Assembly (NCBI GenBank): GCA_030704615.1
Contig: CM060731.1
Span: 40,920,001 to 40,984,000 of the forward strand
From: Takakia lepidozioides
Lineage: Eukaryota; Plantae; Bryophyta
Length of the DNA: 64,000 bases
Reading direction: 5' to 3'
Below, one piece after another: positions 24,749-38,249 of the stretch. The notes under the pieces are model-generated. The model was not told the origin of the DNA, did not search any database, and saw nothing but the letters and a program-made list of their open reading frames with translations. The position numbers were made by a program, and so were the translations under genes. The stretch's first letter is position 1. Each line of letters begins with the position of its first letter.

Positions 24749-25875
24749 GAAAGGAGACACCAGCATCATGGTGGAGTGACGACTATCTTGTAAGAAGTTG
24801 GCCAGCAGACAACAAGAGAACACGTACCTCCAGCAAATGTCGACACTAAAAATTAGCACTATACCTCCATGATCAAAGGTCCTATCATTCAGAGCTTGGA
24901 TCTGGGCACTCACTCATATCAGAAAGACAACCCAACTCCCACAATGGCACAACCAAAGCCCCAAGTGGGTCTGTAGTGATCTTCTATTTCAGTGGCCCCC
25001 CCATAACTGCGCTCATCATGGATGTGGTGTTCTTTCTGATATAAAGACCGGCTCCACCAAGGGAGACACGACCATTCATAGGCATTGAGTGCAGCTTCCA
25101 TAACTGAATCCCGACTAAAATCATCATAATCCAAGCTCTTCCCAGTTGACATTTGACAAACATCCTACCTTCTCTCGGTGCATTCTTTCATCATTCCATA
25201 GCTAGAAAGCAGATCTCAAATCTCAACCCAATCTGCACTAGCACGATCCCCTTCACATTATAACAACTTCAGAACATCAACACTTCTCATTCCGAGAGAT
25301 TATATCTCGAAGATCCAGGGACATGCAGAGGTCCATCATCATCCTCTGTAGCCATTTGTAGAGCAGCATTGTGCATGCAATGCTCATAATCACAAACACA
25401 ACTGTGAAAGATTCCAATCATGAAAGATGAAGATAACAACCTCCTAGCAGGTAATACCAACAATGAATAGCTATATTGAATTACCTTCTTGAGCGTCGTT
25501 GGGCCTGCAGTGCTGCACCTGTAACAATAACCTCCCTGGAGGTAAGTTCTGTTTTCTCAGCCGCCATTTCCTTGCTGGGGACCAGGGAACAACCTGTTAC
25601 CTCCATTCCAGCACTGTTTCCCAGAAATGTGAGACACATTTATTACTCTTAATCACATTTCAACCTCGGCCGTCTGGCTGGTAAAAGACTGTCTGCCTTT
25701 CACATTTCTCACTACCCGAGGAAAAACCACTTAACCTAAGTAAAAGCACCATTATCAATAAATCTCAAAGGGCCTCCAGAGTCCATCCCTTTTCTAAAAT
25801 TAAGAAAAACAAAAAGTAAAAAAAGGAAAAAGTACCCCTCAATTAGTTTTTATTAGGGCTTTAGTCAGTGTGACT

Positions 25876-26157
25876 CAGTTTTTTTTTCAAATTTGGAAAA
25901 TCACAGGAATGGCTACTGAGTTTTGCAGGAAATAGCCATATTTTCTGTTCATCCACTGAAATTTGGACAGAATCATCCTCATCTGTACTTTCATCCATGT
26001 AAATCATCCATATTAGGTGAATTCATCCTCAGTTTACTTTTTTTTGGAGAATTTTGGCGATTTCATCCATGAGAAAATAGGGAATTTACGACAGAATATT
26101 CGATTTTGTTTTTTGAGGTCGAAAAAGTGCAAAATTTCGCCAGAAACAAAAACACTG
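25876..26157. mobile_element. hAT-type MITE, copy 1 (upstream of RBR)
   Basis: CAGTTTTTTTTT...AAAAACACTG termini and colinear similarity to 51507-51794. No clean TSD. Confidence 0.7.
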
Positions 26158-26494
26158 AAGTCTGTGACTGTGATATTATGGATGAAAGGTAGGTCTCATT
26201 CATCGATAGTGAGGTGGGGCCCGACGAATCAAAGGGGCCAACGAGCCATTATCCAGGATGCCCGCTAGCGTCCCGATTTTTATTATTTGGGGAAAAAGGG
26301 ATATTACAAATTTACACATTCCATTTCTATGTTGTTTTTGTTTCACAAACGCGAAAAAACAGTAGGCTGCCGGCCGGGCTGAACTGGCTGCAGCGAGTCG
26401 CCATGGGGGGTTGACCGACGCGTGGCGCGGTAAGAGTGGTAAGACCGTCTACAGGCGGTGGGGGAAAGGGCGCAATTTGATAGGGCAATGATGT

Positions 26495-26503
26495 GGCGGG
26501 AAA
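26495..26503 (-). promoter_or_regulatory. E2F binding site (TTTCCCGCC) upstream of RBR
   Basis: GGCGGGAAA on + equals the canonical TTTSSCGS site. An E2F-like CGCGAAAA lies at ~26350 and a TCP/site II-like TGGGGCCC at ~26215. Confidence 0.6.
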
Positions 26504-27585
26504 ACGGTGAGTAGAGTAGGTGGGATGGCGTGGCAGGGGTGGTCGCTCGCTTTGCGTTTCCCTCGCTTTTTGCAACCCTCGCCATAGCCACGCTGCAGCC
26601 CTGCCTCTGTGATCGCGAGCACGCAATTCAAACTAGCAGAGCCGGGATCATGCATGTGTGATGCTTGAGAGCGATCGGTTGTTGGCGGAGAGGGAATGCT
26701 TCTGTGGCTTGTGCAGAATCGGCTCGTAAAGTAGGGAGTTGTGGGAGAATTGCGGTGGTTTGAGGTATAACTGCGTTTCATTCCTGCCTTGGCTGTCGGA
26801 GCAGGTGCTGCGGAGGATTTGAAGCGGCTGGGGCCGATTTGATGCTTGTGGAGTAGAAGCGGTTTTGCGGGGTATGTCGAGGTAGTTTCTAAAGTCGAGA
26901 GTTGGCAGTTTGGAGAGGTAGTTGCTGAGAGTTTGTCCATCGTTTGGTAGGAGTTGGCTCAATTGGCGAGCGAGACAGCAGGTGCACTGTTGTTTCTTAT
27001 CATTTTTGCGTTGTCTTTCTTCGTCTACTTCTTCTGCACTCCATACACCTCGTCTGTCCCGGGGATACCTCCTCCAGGCTTGGACGTCCTTGTTTGTTTT
27101 CCCTCCATCATCTGCTTCCTGGATTCTTATGTGATGTCCTTCTTCCTCCTGCAGTATCTGGAGATAAATGATTGTGAATGTTTTGGATAAGTAGTTACGC
27201 CTAGTTAAGGTGTTCTCCTCGCGTGTGAGAGTGTTTTTTGAATCTGTAGTTGTTCTGCTTCGACTGATAATTCTTCGGCGCACATAGCAGGGCTCTTTAA
27301 CCCCGAGTTTGTTCAAATCATTTCTTAATCCCTTATTGGAGACTCTTCTCCGCATGGTTGGAACATTGCTATGTGGTAAGGGGAAAGCGCGATTAACTGT
27401 ACTATTTGATATCTTCCGCGGTTTCTTACCCCGTGTGCGGTTCGCAGTCCAGCTGACCCCCCCATACCACCTCACACCATTTTGGCGAGGAAGGAGTCTC
27501 CGAAGATGAAGATTCGGACCGTCTCAATTGATTGACATCATAGTCCTAGAAGGACAGGAGGCCTGCTTCTTCGTCGGCTGCAGGT

Positions 27586-30500
27586 ATGCCGGAGGGACGG
27601 GACGAGGACATGGATAGGCAGCAGCAACAGAAAGCTGGTCTACAGGTACCGAAACAGGAGTTTACAGAAGACAAAAAAGCCACAACCTCACAGTCTCAGA
27701 CAGAAGACAGGGTTGGATGGGCGACTGCAAATGGTGGCGACAAGAAGCTGGAGAGAAAAGAAGGCTCACGATTGTTTATAGAAGGCCTTGAGGCTCGTTT
27801 CAAGGAGCGCTGTGAGGTATTATACAATCCCAGATATGCCCCAAGAAATAATGTCCTATCTAATCAGCATGCTTTTCTGGATGTGCAAACTAGTATGTAT
27901 GCTCCACTATTATTACACCTCTTATGCCACAAGAGAAGCTCGGTCAACTTGTGATTGCTGGAGGGGTTTTCTAAATCTCAGCAATTGTCTTTCAAGGCTC
28001 AAGTGATACCCATCTTGATTGTCAAAGGTAACAGTACAATCAATAGATTGAAAGTCTATTAGTACAATCAGAGTGTATGGAGATTGTGAGGGTAGAGGAC
28101 AAAGTGTATTGATTGAATTGCTAAAACATTATCTGTTGCAGTATTCAGTGACTTTAAAAGCTCGCTCACAAATCACTTTATGGTCGAAACGTCTTTCTTT
28201 CAGCCAGACATGATATTGAAGTGTGTCCTCATTCAATTGTTGCAGTCACTGTCACTTGCTCCATTGTTCCCTGAAGCTATTTGCAAGTTTGCTTTGTTTT
28301 CCTATTCTCTATCCGTGGCCTGATTTAGAGGGTGTTCATTCTATGTCAAATGAATCATTAATGAATAGTGAATTAATTTCTCCTTTTCTTCCACTTAGTC
28401 TCTTGGTTTTTCTCATATTGATCTGAAGCTCCATGGAGAACTTTGTGAACCGAGAAAGTGACAGCCAGGTCAGCCACCTCCAATGTTTGGTGGTACTTGA
28501 GGCAGTTGCAGGGATCTTAACTTGTTCTCCTAACAAAGATAGTTAGCTGTGTGTACTATTGCATTTCTGATGCTGAACCTGTTGTCCTCACGGAACTTCT
28601 GCTGTCTGAATTGCTTAACAGGTTAGCCTTTGTCTCGATGACAAGACTTTGCAGCAAGCACTTCAGTTATTCAGAGACAGCAAGCCCCTTCTACTTGCCA
28701 ATATAGGCACTATTGGGACTGGAACTGTAAGTTTCTCTTTGCTTTGGTGTAGGTTTGTTTGCTGGGCATGTATCTTCTGTGCGTTCTTACAGTCGGGAAT
28801 GAATCAACCATTCCCTCTGAATGCTGAAGCTGCTTGCTACTGCTGTGTACTACTAAAGCCCATGAAGGTTTTGTGCACTTCTTTGATGGCAGTATTCTTG
28901 GATACATGAGAATGGTGTGTCCCATCTTATGCATGGGGTTGCTTCTGGCCAGATAGAGGAGACCGAGCGATTGTGGAATGCCTGTGTTCTGTATGCTGTG
29001 AAGAGGTTGACTACTGGAACATCCATTGGTGGGGAGAGACTAGAAGATGGTGCTGCTGGGTTCACTCTTTCTCAACTTTTGCGAGTGACTAAGCTCAGGT
29101 ATGTCCCGTCATTTGTTTTTCCTGTGAATTGAATTGGTCTTGCCAAGTAGATCCAAATGCATTGGAGAAGCATTGTGTGCCGAAGTGAATTGGGCTGTAC
29201 AGTAGGCATATTTGGCACATGCATGTCCAGGGTCAGCTCTAATTAAACGTGATCTGGGTGTACTGTCTGACAGTGTTGTGGAGTTTTTCAAGGAGCTTCC
29301 ACAGTTCCTTGCTAAGGCCGGGCCAACATTGAGAACTCTTTATGGTGATGACTGGGAAAAGCGGCTTCAGGTGAGGTTCTTTTAGTATCTAAAGCCATGT
29401 TTGATCAAGGGCAATGGCTTCTTTTATTTAGAGCAAGTACAACTGCGAAGTTGCTCACATTTGAGTTTGCGGCTGGTTGAGCAGGTAACGGAGGTCCAAG
29501 CCAATTTTGTCCATTTGATGGTCCTCTATAAGTAAGTCTGCACACTCATAACAAATTTCAATCAAGTTGGTCCTGTTACTAGTCATATTCAATAGGTTTT
29601 GAAGACAGTCATTCTAAATGTCTTGTCTGCATTTCTTATTAGTATGTTGTAGCGATTTTACTTCGCACCAGAAGACGGAAATGCCTGTCATGTTGAGTTG
29701 TGTAACCAACTTCTAACCTGAGAATCGGGTCTCATGGCAGTTATTACAAACGGGTTTATCAGGACTTCTTCCTTTCACCTGAAAACTTTAGCAAAAGTGA
29801 GAACGGCTCCTCTTCAGGAGCCAGTGGAGATCTCTCTCTTCCTATTCACATGCGATTTGGTTGGATGCTTTTTCTGGCAATGCGGATGCATGTCCTCAAT
29901 CGCTTCACTGACTTGGTGACATGCACCAATGGGCTTCTAGCTGTGATTGTACGTATCACCTTCCATTCTGGTTTTGGTTCACATGTAGTGCACTTTTGAC
30001 AGTTGCTTCCGGGCCAGTGTTAAAGTTATGGTTCTTCATGTTATTTGTACATAGAGTTTGTTGGCACCTTAGTGAATGACTACAATCAACCTTTCACATA
30101 GCGGCCAACCAAGGTTTAGGTGATGCTCATCAACGGTTGCTGTCAAGTTCTTTTCTTTGATAAGATCAGTTTTTGGATTGGAAGTCACTTCTACTTGATG
30201 TTTAAAAGACAACAGCTTTTGGTCAACAGTGTGTACGTATTTGAGCTCTAACATTTGTATTCTTACTGTCTGGTATGGCTGCAGATTGTGTTGATCCTTC
30301 ACATGCCATCTTCTCTAAGGAAGTATTTGTTTGAAGACAGTGTGAAATTTGGTACGTCATGCAAACACGGGAATGCATAGGTTTGTGATTTGTATGTTGA
30401 TTTGGGGAGGATTGTACTAGATCCATTTGTATCATGTTACTGTGTTGTTGAAGAATTAACTGGGTTTTTGGTTGAAGCAGTGTGTCGGAGTTCACAAGGG

Positions 30501-33500
30501 GTCAACGTGGTAGCGTCACTGTGCAATCTGTACCATGCATCAGAGGAAGATGTATCTCGGATGGTGGAGAAAACAAACAGCATGATTAGAGACCTATTCC
30601 AAAACACCTCAAATGGTGCTGGCACACACAGCCATGCCCAGCCATTCCCAGCCATGCCCAGCCATGCCCAGCAAGTAGTGGGTGTCAACACAGGTCAGCA
30701 TGAAGCTTTAGCCACCTGGTTTTCCATTCATATGCTGACTCCTCTCCATTCATGCTCTTAATGCATTTCCTGCCAATTGAGATTGTCTTTTGGTCTGTCT
30801 CATCCATGCGACTATGTATGCATTTTTGTCTGCAGTACATGTGTAATCTGTGGATCTCTAACCCGGGGCAATGATTTCATCTTGCAGCTGGCCTGGCATA
30901 CTTTGAGGGCCTTATGGAGGACAGGTCAATAGCATCAAATTTACGAATTGTGGAAAAAGACTATGAAGAGGCTTATCATAGTCGAGGGGAGCTTGATGAG
31001 CGCATGTTTATCAATGGGGATGATAGTATGATAGGAGCTGTATCTAGTGGTACACCAAACATGTCTGGTTCCAAGGTGCCAACTTTCTCACACCTAAGTC
31101 CATGTGGCCTTTGAGTCCTCCATGCACATCTCTGTAGTCAATTACTTTGGTTGTTCGTCACCTTCATTTCTTGCACTTCTTTAGTTTTCAGGCTATTCTG
31201 CTCAATAATGAATCGTGAAAGCATCTCTGGTAGAAGTAAACCCCTTTGCGTTTAGTTGTACTAATAAATTGTAATCTTTTGTAATGACTTCAATCTCGCA
31301 GCGCAAGTACGATATAATGTCATCACCAGTGCGGGGCGCAGTGTCAACAGCAGCATCTCCATTATCACCTTGCAATTCACCCTGTTCATCACCAGTTAAG
31401 GCTGGAGGGCCGTTGGCGTCCAATAGCAGCAAGATGCCCCCTCCCACTCCTGTGAGCATCACAATGACAACTGCAAAGTGGCTTCGCACTGTCATAGCAC
31501 CCCTGCCAGCAGAGCCTTCTTCAGAGCTGCAGCTTTTCTTCCGCTCTTGTGACCGGGACATCTCCTCTGATGTTAGGCATAGAGCACAGGTGCTGCTGGA
31601 AGCCATTTTTCCGACTGTTGGGGCCGGGAACTGGCGGTGTATGCGAGGTAGTAGCATGATGGATAGCATATGGGCTGAGCAACGCAGACTCGAAGCCATG
31701 AAGCTGTACTACAGAGTTGTGGAGGCCATGTGCCGAGCAGAGGCGCAACGTCTACATTGCAACAACCTCACTGCTCTTCTCTCTAATGAGCGCTTCCACC
31801 GTTGCATGATTGCTTGCTCTGCTGAGCTTGTTCTCGCTACACACAAGACAGTCACCATGACCTTCCCAGCAGTTCTTGAGCCAACAGGGATAACAGCCTT
31901 TGATTTAAGCAAAGTGATCGAAAGTTTTGTGCGTCATGAAGATACTCTTCCACGGGAGCTGAAGCGGCATCTCAACTCCATAGAGGAAAGACTGCTTGAA
32001 AGCATGGCATGGGATAAGGGTTCATCCATGTACAATTCACTTGTCGTTGCCAAACCAAGTCTTGCAACAGAGATCAATCGCCTGGGGTTGATGGCTGATC
32101 CCATGCCATCGCTGGACAACCTCGGTTCATGTTCACGCCCATCACTTGCAAGCATGCAACGCCTGGCTGGCACGATAAAAGCGGAGGGTGCGGCAGGTGA
32201 GGAATGGGTCCTCTGATGTGGCACCTGCATGCATATGACTCTAGTCTGAAGGGATGGAGACTTGCTATTTGCAACATGGTATTATGGGGCTCATCTGTTC
32301 CAGAGACTGTCAATGACAAAAAAGTTCAATTGCCTGAACATATCTAGACTTTGCACGAGAGCAAAACAGCAGGAAGGGAAGAGAATCGAACCCAAAAAAA
32401 TGTGAAACCAGTGAGACAGAGCCATTCAGTTTGGCCTTTTTCATTTTCAAGCTTTCAGCATTTAGAATGCTCTTGTTCTTACTACCGTAAAGTTGCAGCT
32501 TGTGCTTTCTGATGGTAGTCACTGGGTGGCCTTGTTTGTGCAGGGGAGGTGTCAGGGGCTCCATCGTCACCACAGAGACCAGTGGCAGCATCGCCAGCTC
32601 AGAATAATGGTAGTGATACAGGAACAGGTTCACTGGGGATTGCAGATCAAGTAGGGCCTGCATGTCTGATGTCACCGGTCAAAGAACGGCCCTCAGCCTT
32701 CTCTGCCTTCAGCTCCCCCCTTCGAAATCGCGTGCGAGCTCCTCTGCAGTCAGCTTTTGCAAGGTAACTTTTTGGAAATCTTACATATGATTTCATTTAT
32801 ATGGTGGTTGCCGCAAAAGCTTGTTTTGATGCAGTCAGTCAGTCCGTCTGTTGTCTCAAATTTTACTAATATTCAGTTTTGCATGTGCAGTCCACATAGA
32901 CCGAGCCCTCTTGGGGGAGGAGAGACTTGTGCAGAAACCGTCATAAATGTATTTTTTCAGAAGGTAGAACACACAACAATGTCTACACTTCAGGAACTAG
33001 AATGTATTTACCTTCCCTTTGTTAATCTGAGCAGCTGCTCTCTCCTTTCTGTTATTATGCTAGCCCTGAGGCTTTCTTGGGCTTTTACGACCGATGTGCT
33101 GGATCTATCTTATCATTTTCAACCACATTTGCTGAAAAGAACTAATTCTCCCATAATTGGCTCTCAATTTGTTCCCCCACTCTTCTACCAATCTATTATC
33201 CTTGTTTTGTTTGTTGACTTCTGGTGAGTGGGTGTTCAGGTGCTGAAGTTAGCAGCTGTTAGGATACGGAATCTTTGTGAACGCCTCCGGCAGTCAAATC
33301 CGATTATGGAGCAGGTGTATCGTGTAATGCAACATGCACTATACCATGAAACAAGCCTCTTCTTCAACCGGCACATTGATCAGCTCATACTGTGTAGTAT
33401 CTATGGTGTTTGCAAGGTCAGCCTACTGCCTCAGCTCTCAAGATTATGTTTTCTCTCTTTGTCTGTTTGTCGCGTGTCTACAATTATCTGTGTTTGTATA

Positions 33501-35611
33501 CATTCATGAGATTATGTTGCATTAGTTGCGAGACAGTTATGAATCAACAGTACTGAAAAGGAAGCCAGTATTTTTGTAAGGACTGCAGCCCTTTTTTGGA
33601 AAGGATGTGGTTTATCTGTCAAGTGATTCTGTTTGCAAGTAGGTGGCGGATGGTCACAGGTGCTGGGTTTGGTTGGTGTGACAGGTCAGCAGAGTCAATG
33701 TCACATTCCGGGATATTGTATATCAGTATCGCAAGCAGCCGCAATGCAAGTCCCATGTCTTTCGCAACGTCTTCATTGACTTGCCTCCTGTGCGACGAGC
33801 TGGGGTATGGTGTCTGAAACTTTCTGCTTGTGGAAGTGGACAGTACTCATGGACAACTTCTTGTCTGGTTAGTTATGAGGATGAAGTAAGCATAAGCCGC
33901 AACAGCGGAGCCATATGCGTGACTAACAGCAAGCAACATCCGAAACCACGACACCAGGCAGTGTGTAGCGAAATTTTGGAAGCTCTAACTCTTATCTTCC
34001 AGAGGGCTGTTCAGTAGACTGGACCGTATGCTGCAGGAGCCAACACCAGATTCTGACCCACCCACACAGTCACTTGCAAATATGTGACCCCAGGCAACCA
34101 TGCTGATTCGTAACTTTGTGTCACAGAAACTACCAAGGAATCAACTTAGAAGCTATTTCCTCTTCCGTTAGAGGGTTTTTATTTATTGACTGGTTGCTTG
34201 TTGTTTCTCTCAGAAGGCAGGCGGGCAGGAGTCCGGTGACATAATCAAGTTTTACAATGATGTATTTGTACCCTCGACCAAGGCATTCTTGCTGCAGGTT
34301 GGCTCCATTGCTGCCCCTTGCGCTCCAAGCAACGCCCGTGCCTGCGATGAGGGGGACACTGCTGATGGTAACTTTGCAGCCTTGGCTTCGCACTATTCAA
34401 GAATAGGTTGTTTCCATGTGCACTCTGGTGCAGCAGTTGAGGCATGTAGCCTGTACAATCATTTTTTAAGTATAGGTACAGCCACTGTTAAACTCTTTTA
34501 GATGAATCCAGTCAAACGTGCATGCTGGCATCTGGATTTTGATCTTTCTTCATCAAGCTTGTAGGTTGTCTCATTAGCACTTTTTTTGCAGTCAAGCTTT
34601 CAAATTTCAGAAGTTTCTTCTGTGTAACCACCAACTTGGAAGCTATGTACCGGGAGAAATGATCAAAGTCCTCTTACCAGAGTACATGGTAGGAAGTCAA
34701 TTGGAAGGTGGCTTAGAGGTTAATTTGGCCACTTCGAGAGAAACCAAAGTAGTAGAGCCGGGATGGTCAAAAGGTAGCAGCAGTCTGCAACCTCAGATGC
34801 GGTCAGCCCCAAGTTGCTGTTTGTGCAGGCCAGGCACCTGGATCGCCAGTACCCTCTACCTTTCCTGTGCTTCCGGACATGTCACCAAAAAAAGTGTCGG
34901 CTACACACAATGTTTATGTTTCCCCCCTCCGCTCTATAAAGGTATGTTATGCCATGATGCTTTTGGGGTTTCTGGTACACATAGACCTGTCTGCAAAACT
35001 GAAGTGATGACAAATCCCTTGCCAGTGTGCATCTCAATTCGTCTACCAGCAGTGGAATTGGCATTTATTTATTTTCTACAGATTCCAACATGGTTGGCCT
35101 GAACTCTGACATACGTTTGGATGAATTGCAGGTGGACTCACTGATGTCACCTCATACACGCAGTTTATATGCATGTGTAGGGGAGAGCACCCATGCCTAC
35201 CAGAGCCCATCCAAGGACTTGACAGCTATCAACAATCGACTTAATAGCAGGTTTGTCGTATTTCGTCCATGAATCCCAGCTTAGGAGTGTGACAGATGTG
35301 GATAGCCTGCATGCTGCATGCTCCAACATTGAAGATGAGCCTGTTCCTTCATATGTACTATTGGGTGTGGCAGTCTCATAGAGGTGGGGTTCTTACAGTT
35401 ACATGAGGTTCTGTGTGGGATCAGGCGCCTTGGCAGGCTGGACTTTGGGGAAGCAGCTTTGGTGAGTGATTCAATGGTGGCAAATACTCTTCATCAGTGC
35501 AACAACAATTCGAATCACCAGTCCGCACATCTTACAGCAGACTCTGTCCTTAGTCTTTCTCAGCCATGGTCAGCACCATCCTGCTTGAAGCGGCCACGTC
35601 CTGATAGATAG
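27586..35611 (+). CDS. RBR: Retinoblastoma-related protein, 18 coding exons, ~1119 aa
   Basis: Phase-consistent GT-AG exons: 27586-27816, 28622-28726, 28953-29098, 29274-29370, 29485-29531, 29741-29948, 30285-30351, 30481-30693, 30888-31075, 31302-32196, 32544-32763, 32891-32963, 33240-33416, 33685-33804, 34214-34367, 34829-34941, 35132-35250, 35425-35611. Motifs: [19 protein letters not shown], pocket [14 protein letters not shown] and [13 protein letters not shown]...[12 protein letters not shown], pocket [18 protein letters not shown] and [11 protein letters not shown]-terminal KRPR. Confidence 0.96.
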
Positions 35612-36620
35612 AATTATGTTTTACTGGACCTCCTGTAGCAATGTATTGTCCTCTAGATCAGTAGATTTGTGGTCTTATATGTGGTCGACCAACCCTCATG
35701 TAGATTGTCATTTTGACTGAAGGTAAATACTGTCATAGAGACCACAGGCAACCGGCACTTAGTTAGAAATACAGGAGAAAGAGTAGCAGATGGCTTATTG
35801 GTAATTATGTCAGTTGGTCAGGCGTCGATCAGGAGGATATAACCAAGGTGTAGTCATAAGAGCCGCGGAAATTGGCACTTGTTGGTCAGTGCTTTCTACG
35901 GTACCTTGTGTAATACTAGCTGTGTAGATGATAGTCTGATGCATACACATAGGGGTTGTCGCCCCTTACACAGGCTGAGCTATATGAGAATAATTCCCAC
36001 TCTGTTGAGAGAGCAACAAGTTGGATATGGGGGCTCTTACTCCCTTGCAGTTTCCATTTGCGTTGACCATTGCAAGACTGCCCTCCCACCTTACCTGGAA
36101 GGGCACACAACTTACTCTATCCAAACAATGTGACCACTGCCATGGACTGGCTGGACTAGTGTCGGTTGTAGGCTTGCACTTTCATTCATAGGAAGGGTTG
36201 GTGGTGCAATGAGGGTAGTGCCATTATTATTGACAAACACAGCTGTGAGCAGATTTCCAACCGAAGTTTATGATTTTAAGGAGATTTACATCAGGGTGGA
36301 GCTTCTGCTAGAGTTTGACATCAATTGGAGGCCTGATGCTTTACTTGGTTTGAGGTGGGATGTTGGATTTTTGCCATGTGGTTTTCCCACAACTGTGCTA
36401 CACATGAGAAATGCAAGTAGTTGATCTATGTCAATCTCTTTCCAGGGAAGGTGACTACAATTTGAAACATCGTCAGAGAGTACAAGCTGTGTCTCTACAG
36501 ATGTAGGCATGGATGTTGGAAACTGTCAGATGATCATGGGAATAGCGTATCTTGTGTGCCATTCAGTTCTTATGTGGAGAAAGTGGAAGGCAATATTGAT
36601 TTACTCAGAAACTAATCATA

Positions 36621-37996
36621 TCACATGTGTAGAAAGTCTCGTAAATTCTGTAGAGGACCTACACCAGTGAGAGCACCTTGTGCAAACAGACCTGCCATTG
36701 CCAACATTGCCAACCTTCCATTCTTGATCTCTTTCACTTTCAACTCAGCAAATGACTCGGCATCATTTGCAAAGCCTAGTGGATCAAACCCCTTGCCCCC
36801 TGGATACAAAGCATCCACACCTTCAGGTGCAGCCTTGGAGCGGGCCAGTTCAGCACCCCCAACCAGAAGGACTTGTGCGGCAGCCACAGCAAAGACGTTG
36901 TGGGCATCAATGAAGCCAGGAAGGCCAAGATAGTCGATCCCGGCATCGCTGAAAATTTGGGCCCCTGCTTTGAACCACACAGGCTCAAAACCTGCTGCAT
37001 TGGAAGAGATGAGCTCTGGTACCAGGCACCCCAGCACCCCAAGCATGGCCCACCGGCCATTGAGCAGCTCTTGTGCGCGGAGGGTCGCAAACTTGTTGGC
37101 ATCTTTGCAAAAGCCAAACAGATCGCATCCGTAGTCTCCTGGGTATTCACCTTTCAAGTATGTTGGCACATCACCGGGGGATGTGTTGCTGCCTTTCCAC
37201 AAGGGCCGCTTGGATCTATAATAAGCTGCTCTTGCATCAACACCAGGAGGCACTGAGCGGCCATACACCTTGTACCAGCGCGAAGCAGCTGTACTTTTCA
37301 TGTTCCGATTCGTGTCAGAGGGGACGAGATCTTCTGGCTCGGGATCTGCATCTGTTGCCTGACACATTGCGCATCAGCATCCCTTTCCATGCCCAATCTT
37401 CCTGCTCACTCAATATGAACTGTACGTGAAACATGCATAAACCCTGAACCCTGGAGAGCTGAAAGAAACACCAAGGGTTGCTCTGTGTTGCAAGCAGTCT
37501 TGAATCTTTGTCATACATATCATTGCATCATTGATCATAGAATGGGGAAGTTGAGAGGAACAACTAACTACATATAAATCTTGGAGACTGAAGGATGCAA
37601 TAGCTGGACTAGATGATTCTCTAAAGCCCCACAGTGTGTGACTAAGAGAGATGTGAAAGGGCCCCTTGGGACGTTGTTCTGCATGAGAAACGGTAGGAAT
37701 TGCATTGAGACAAAAGAGGGAGAGACACTCCTCGGCAGCTGACAAACCAGCTAATATGATTGATTATTATCAGAGCACAGGAGAAGAGGAAGATGTAGGG
37801 ACAGGCAGACGATGCGAACCTGCTGAATGAGGTTGAAGACGTCGTCCAAGCCGACATTGGCCATATCCTCATCTGACGGAACCACAGCGCGAATGCACCA
37901 TTGCCCCCTCCCTTGGACCAGCTCCTGCCCCATTCTGCATAATCTTCCAGCAGCCAAGGAGACACCTGTGCTGAGGACAGCAGCAGAGATACTCAT
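36621..37996 (-). CDS. Chlorophyll a/b-binding (LHC) protein, divergent Lhcb-type; exons 37996-37820 and 37358-36621 (~304 aa)
   Basis: Motifs YLKGEYPGDYG, ELLNGRWAMLG, WFKAGAQIF, YPGG..FDPLG, KEIKNGRLAM. Exon 1 is transit-peptide-like and spliced in phase 0. Confidence 0.92.
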
Positions 37997-38249
37997 CTTT
38001 CCTCCCCCCTGCACCCTCGCACCTTCACTCTTTCTCCCAATCTCTCTGGCCTGCAACATGATACTTTCTCATATGGATTAGAAAAGAATATTCTCTTATC
38101 TGTGCTTTTCGTTATAGATTCATTATAGGATTCTTAGCATATTATATTCCGTTCCATCCATGTTCTAGGAAGATGAAGGTTGGAGGAGGCGCTGACAACA
38201 GTGCTGACGGACACGAGCAGAGCAGAGAGGAAATGCCCCGATTATATTT

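Noticed and set aside
26449-27475. 163-aa and 275-aa minus-strand ORFs upstream of RBR
   Set aside because: Antisense to the presumed RBR 5' UTR and intron, low complexity, no recognisable domain.
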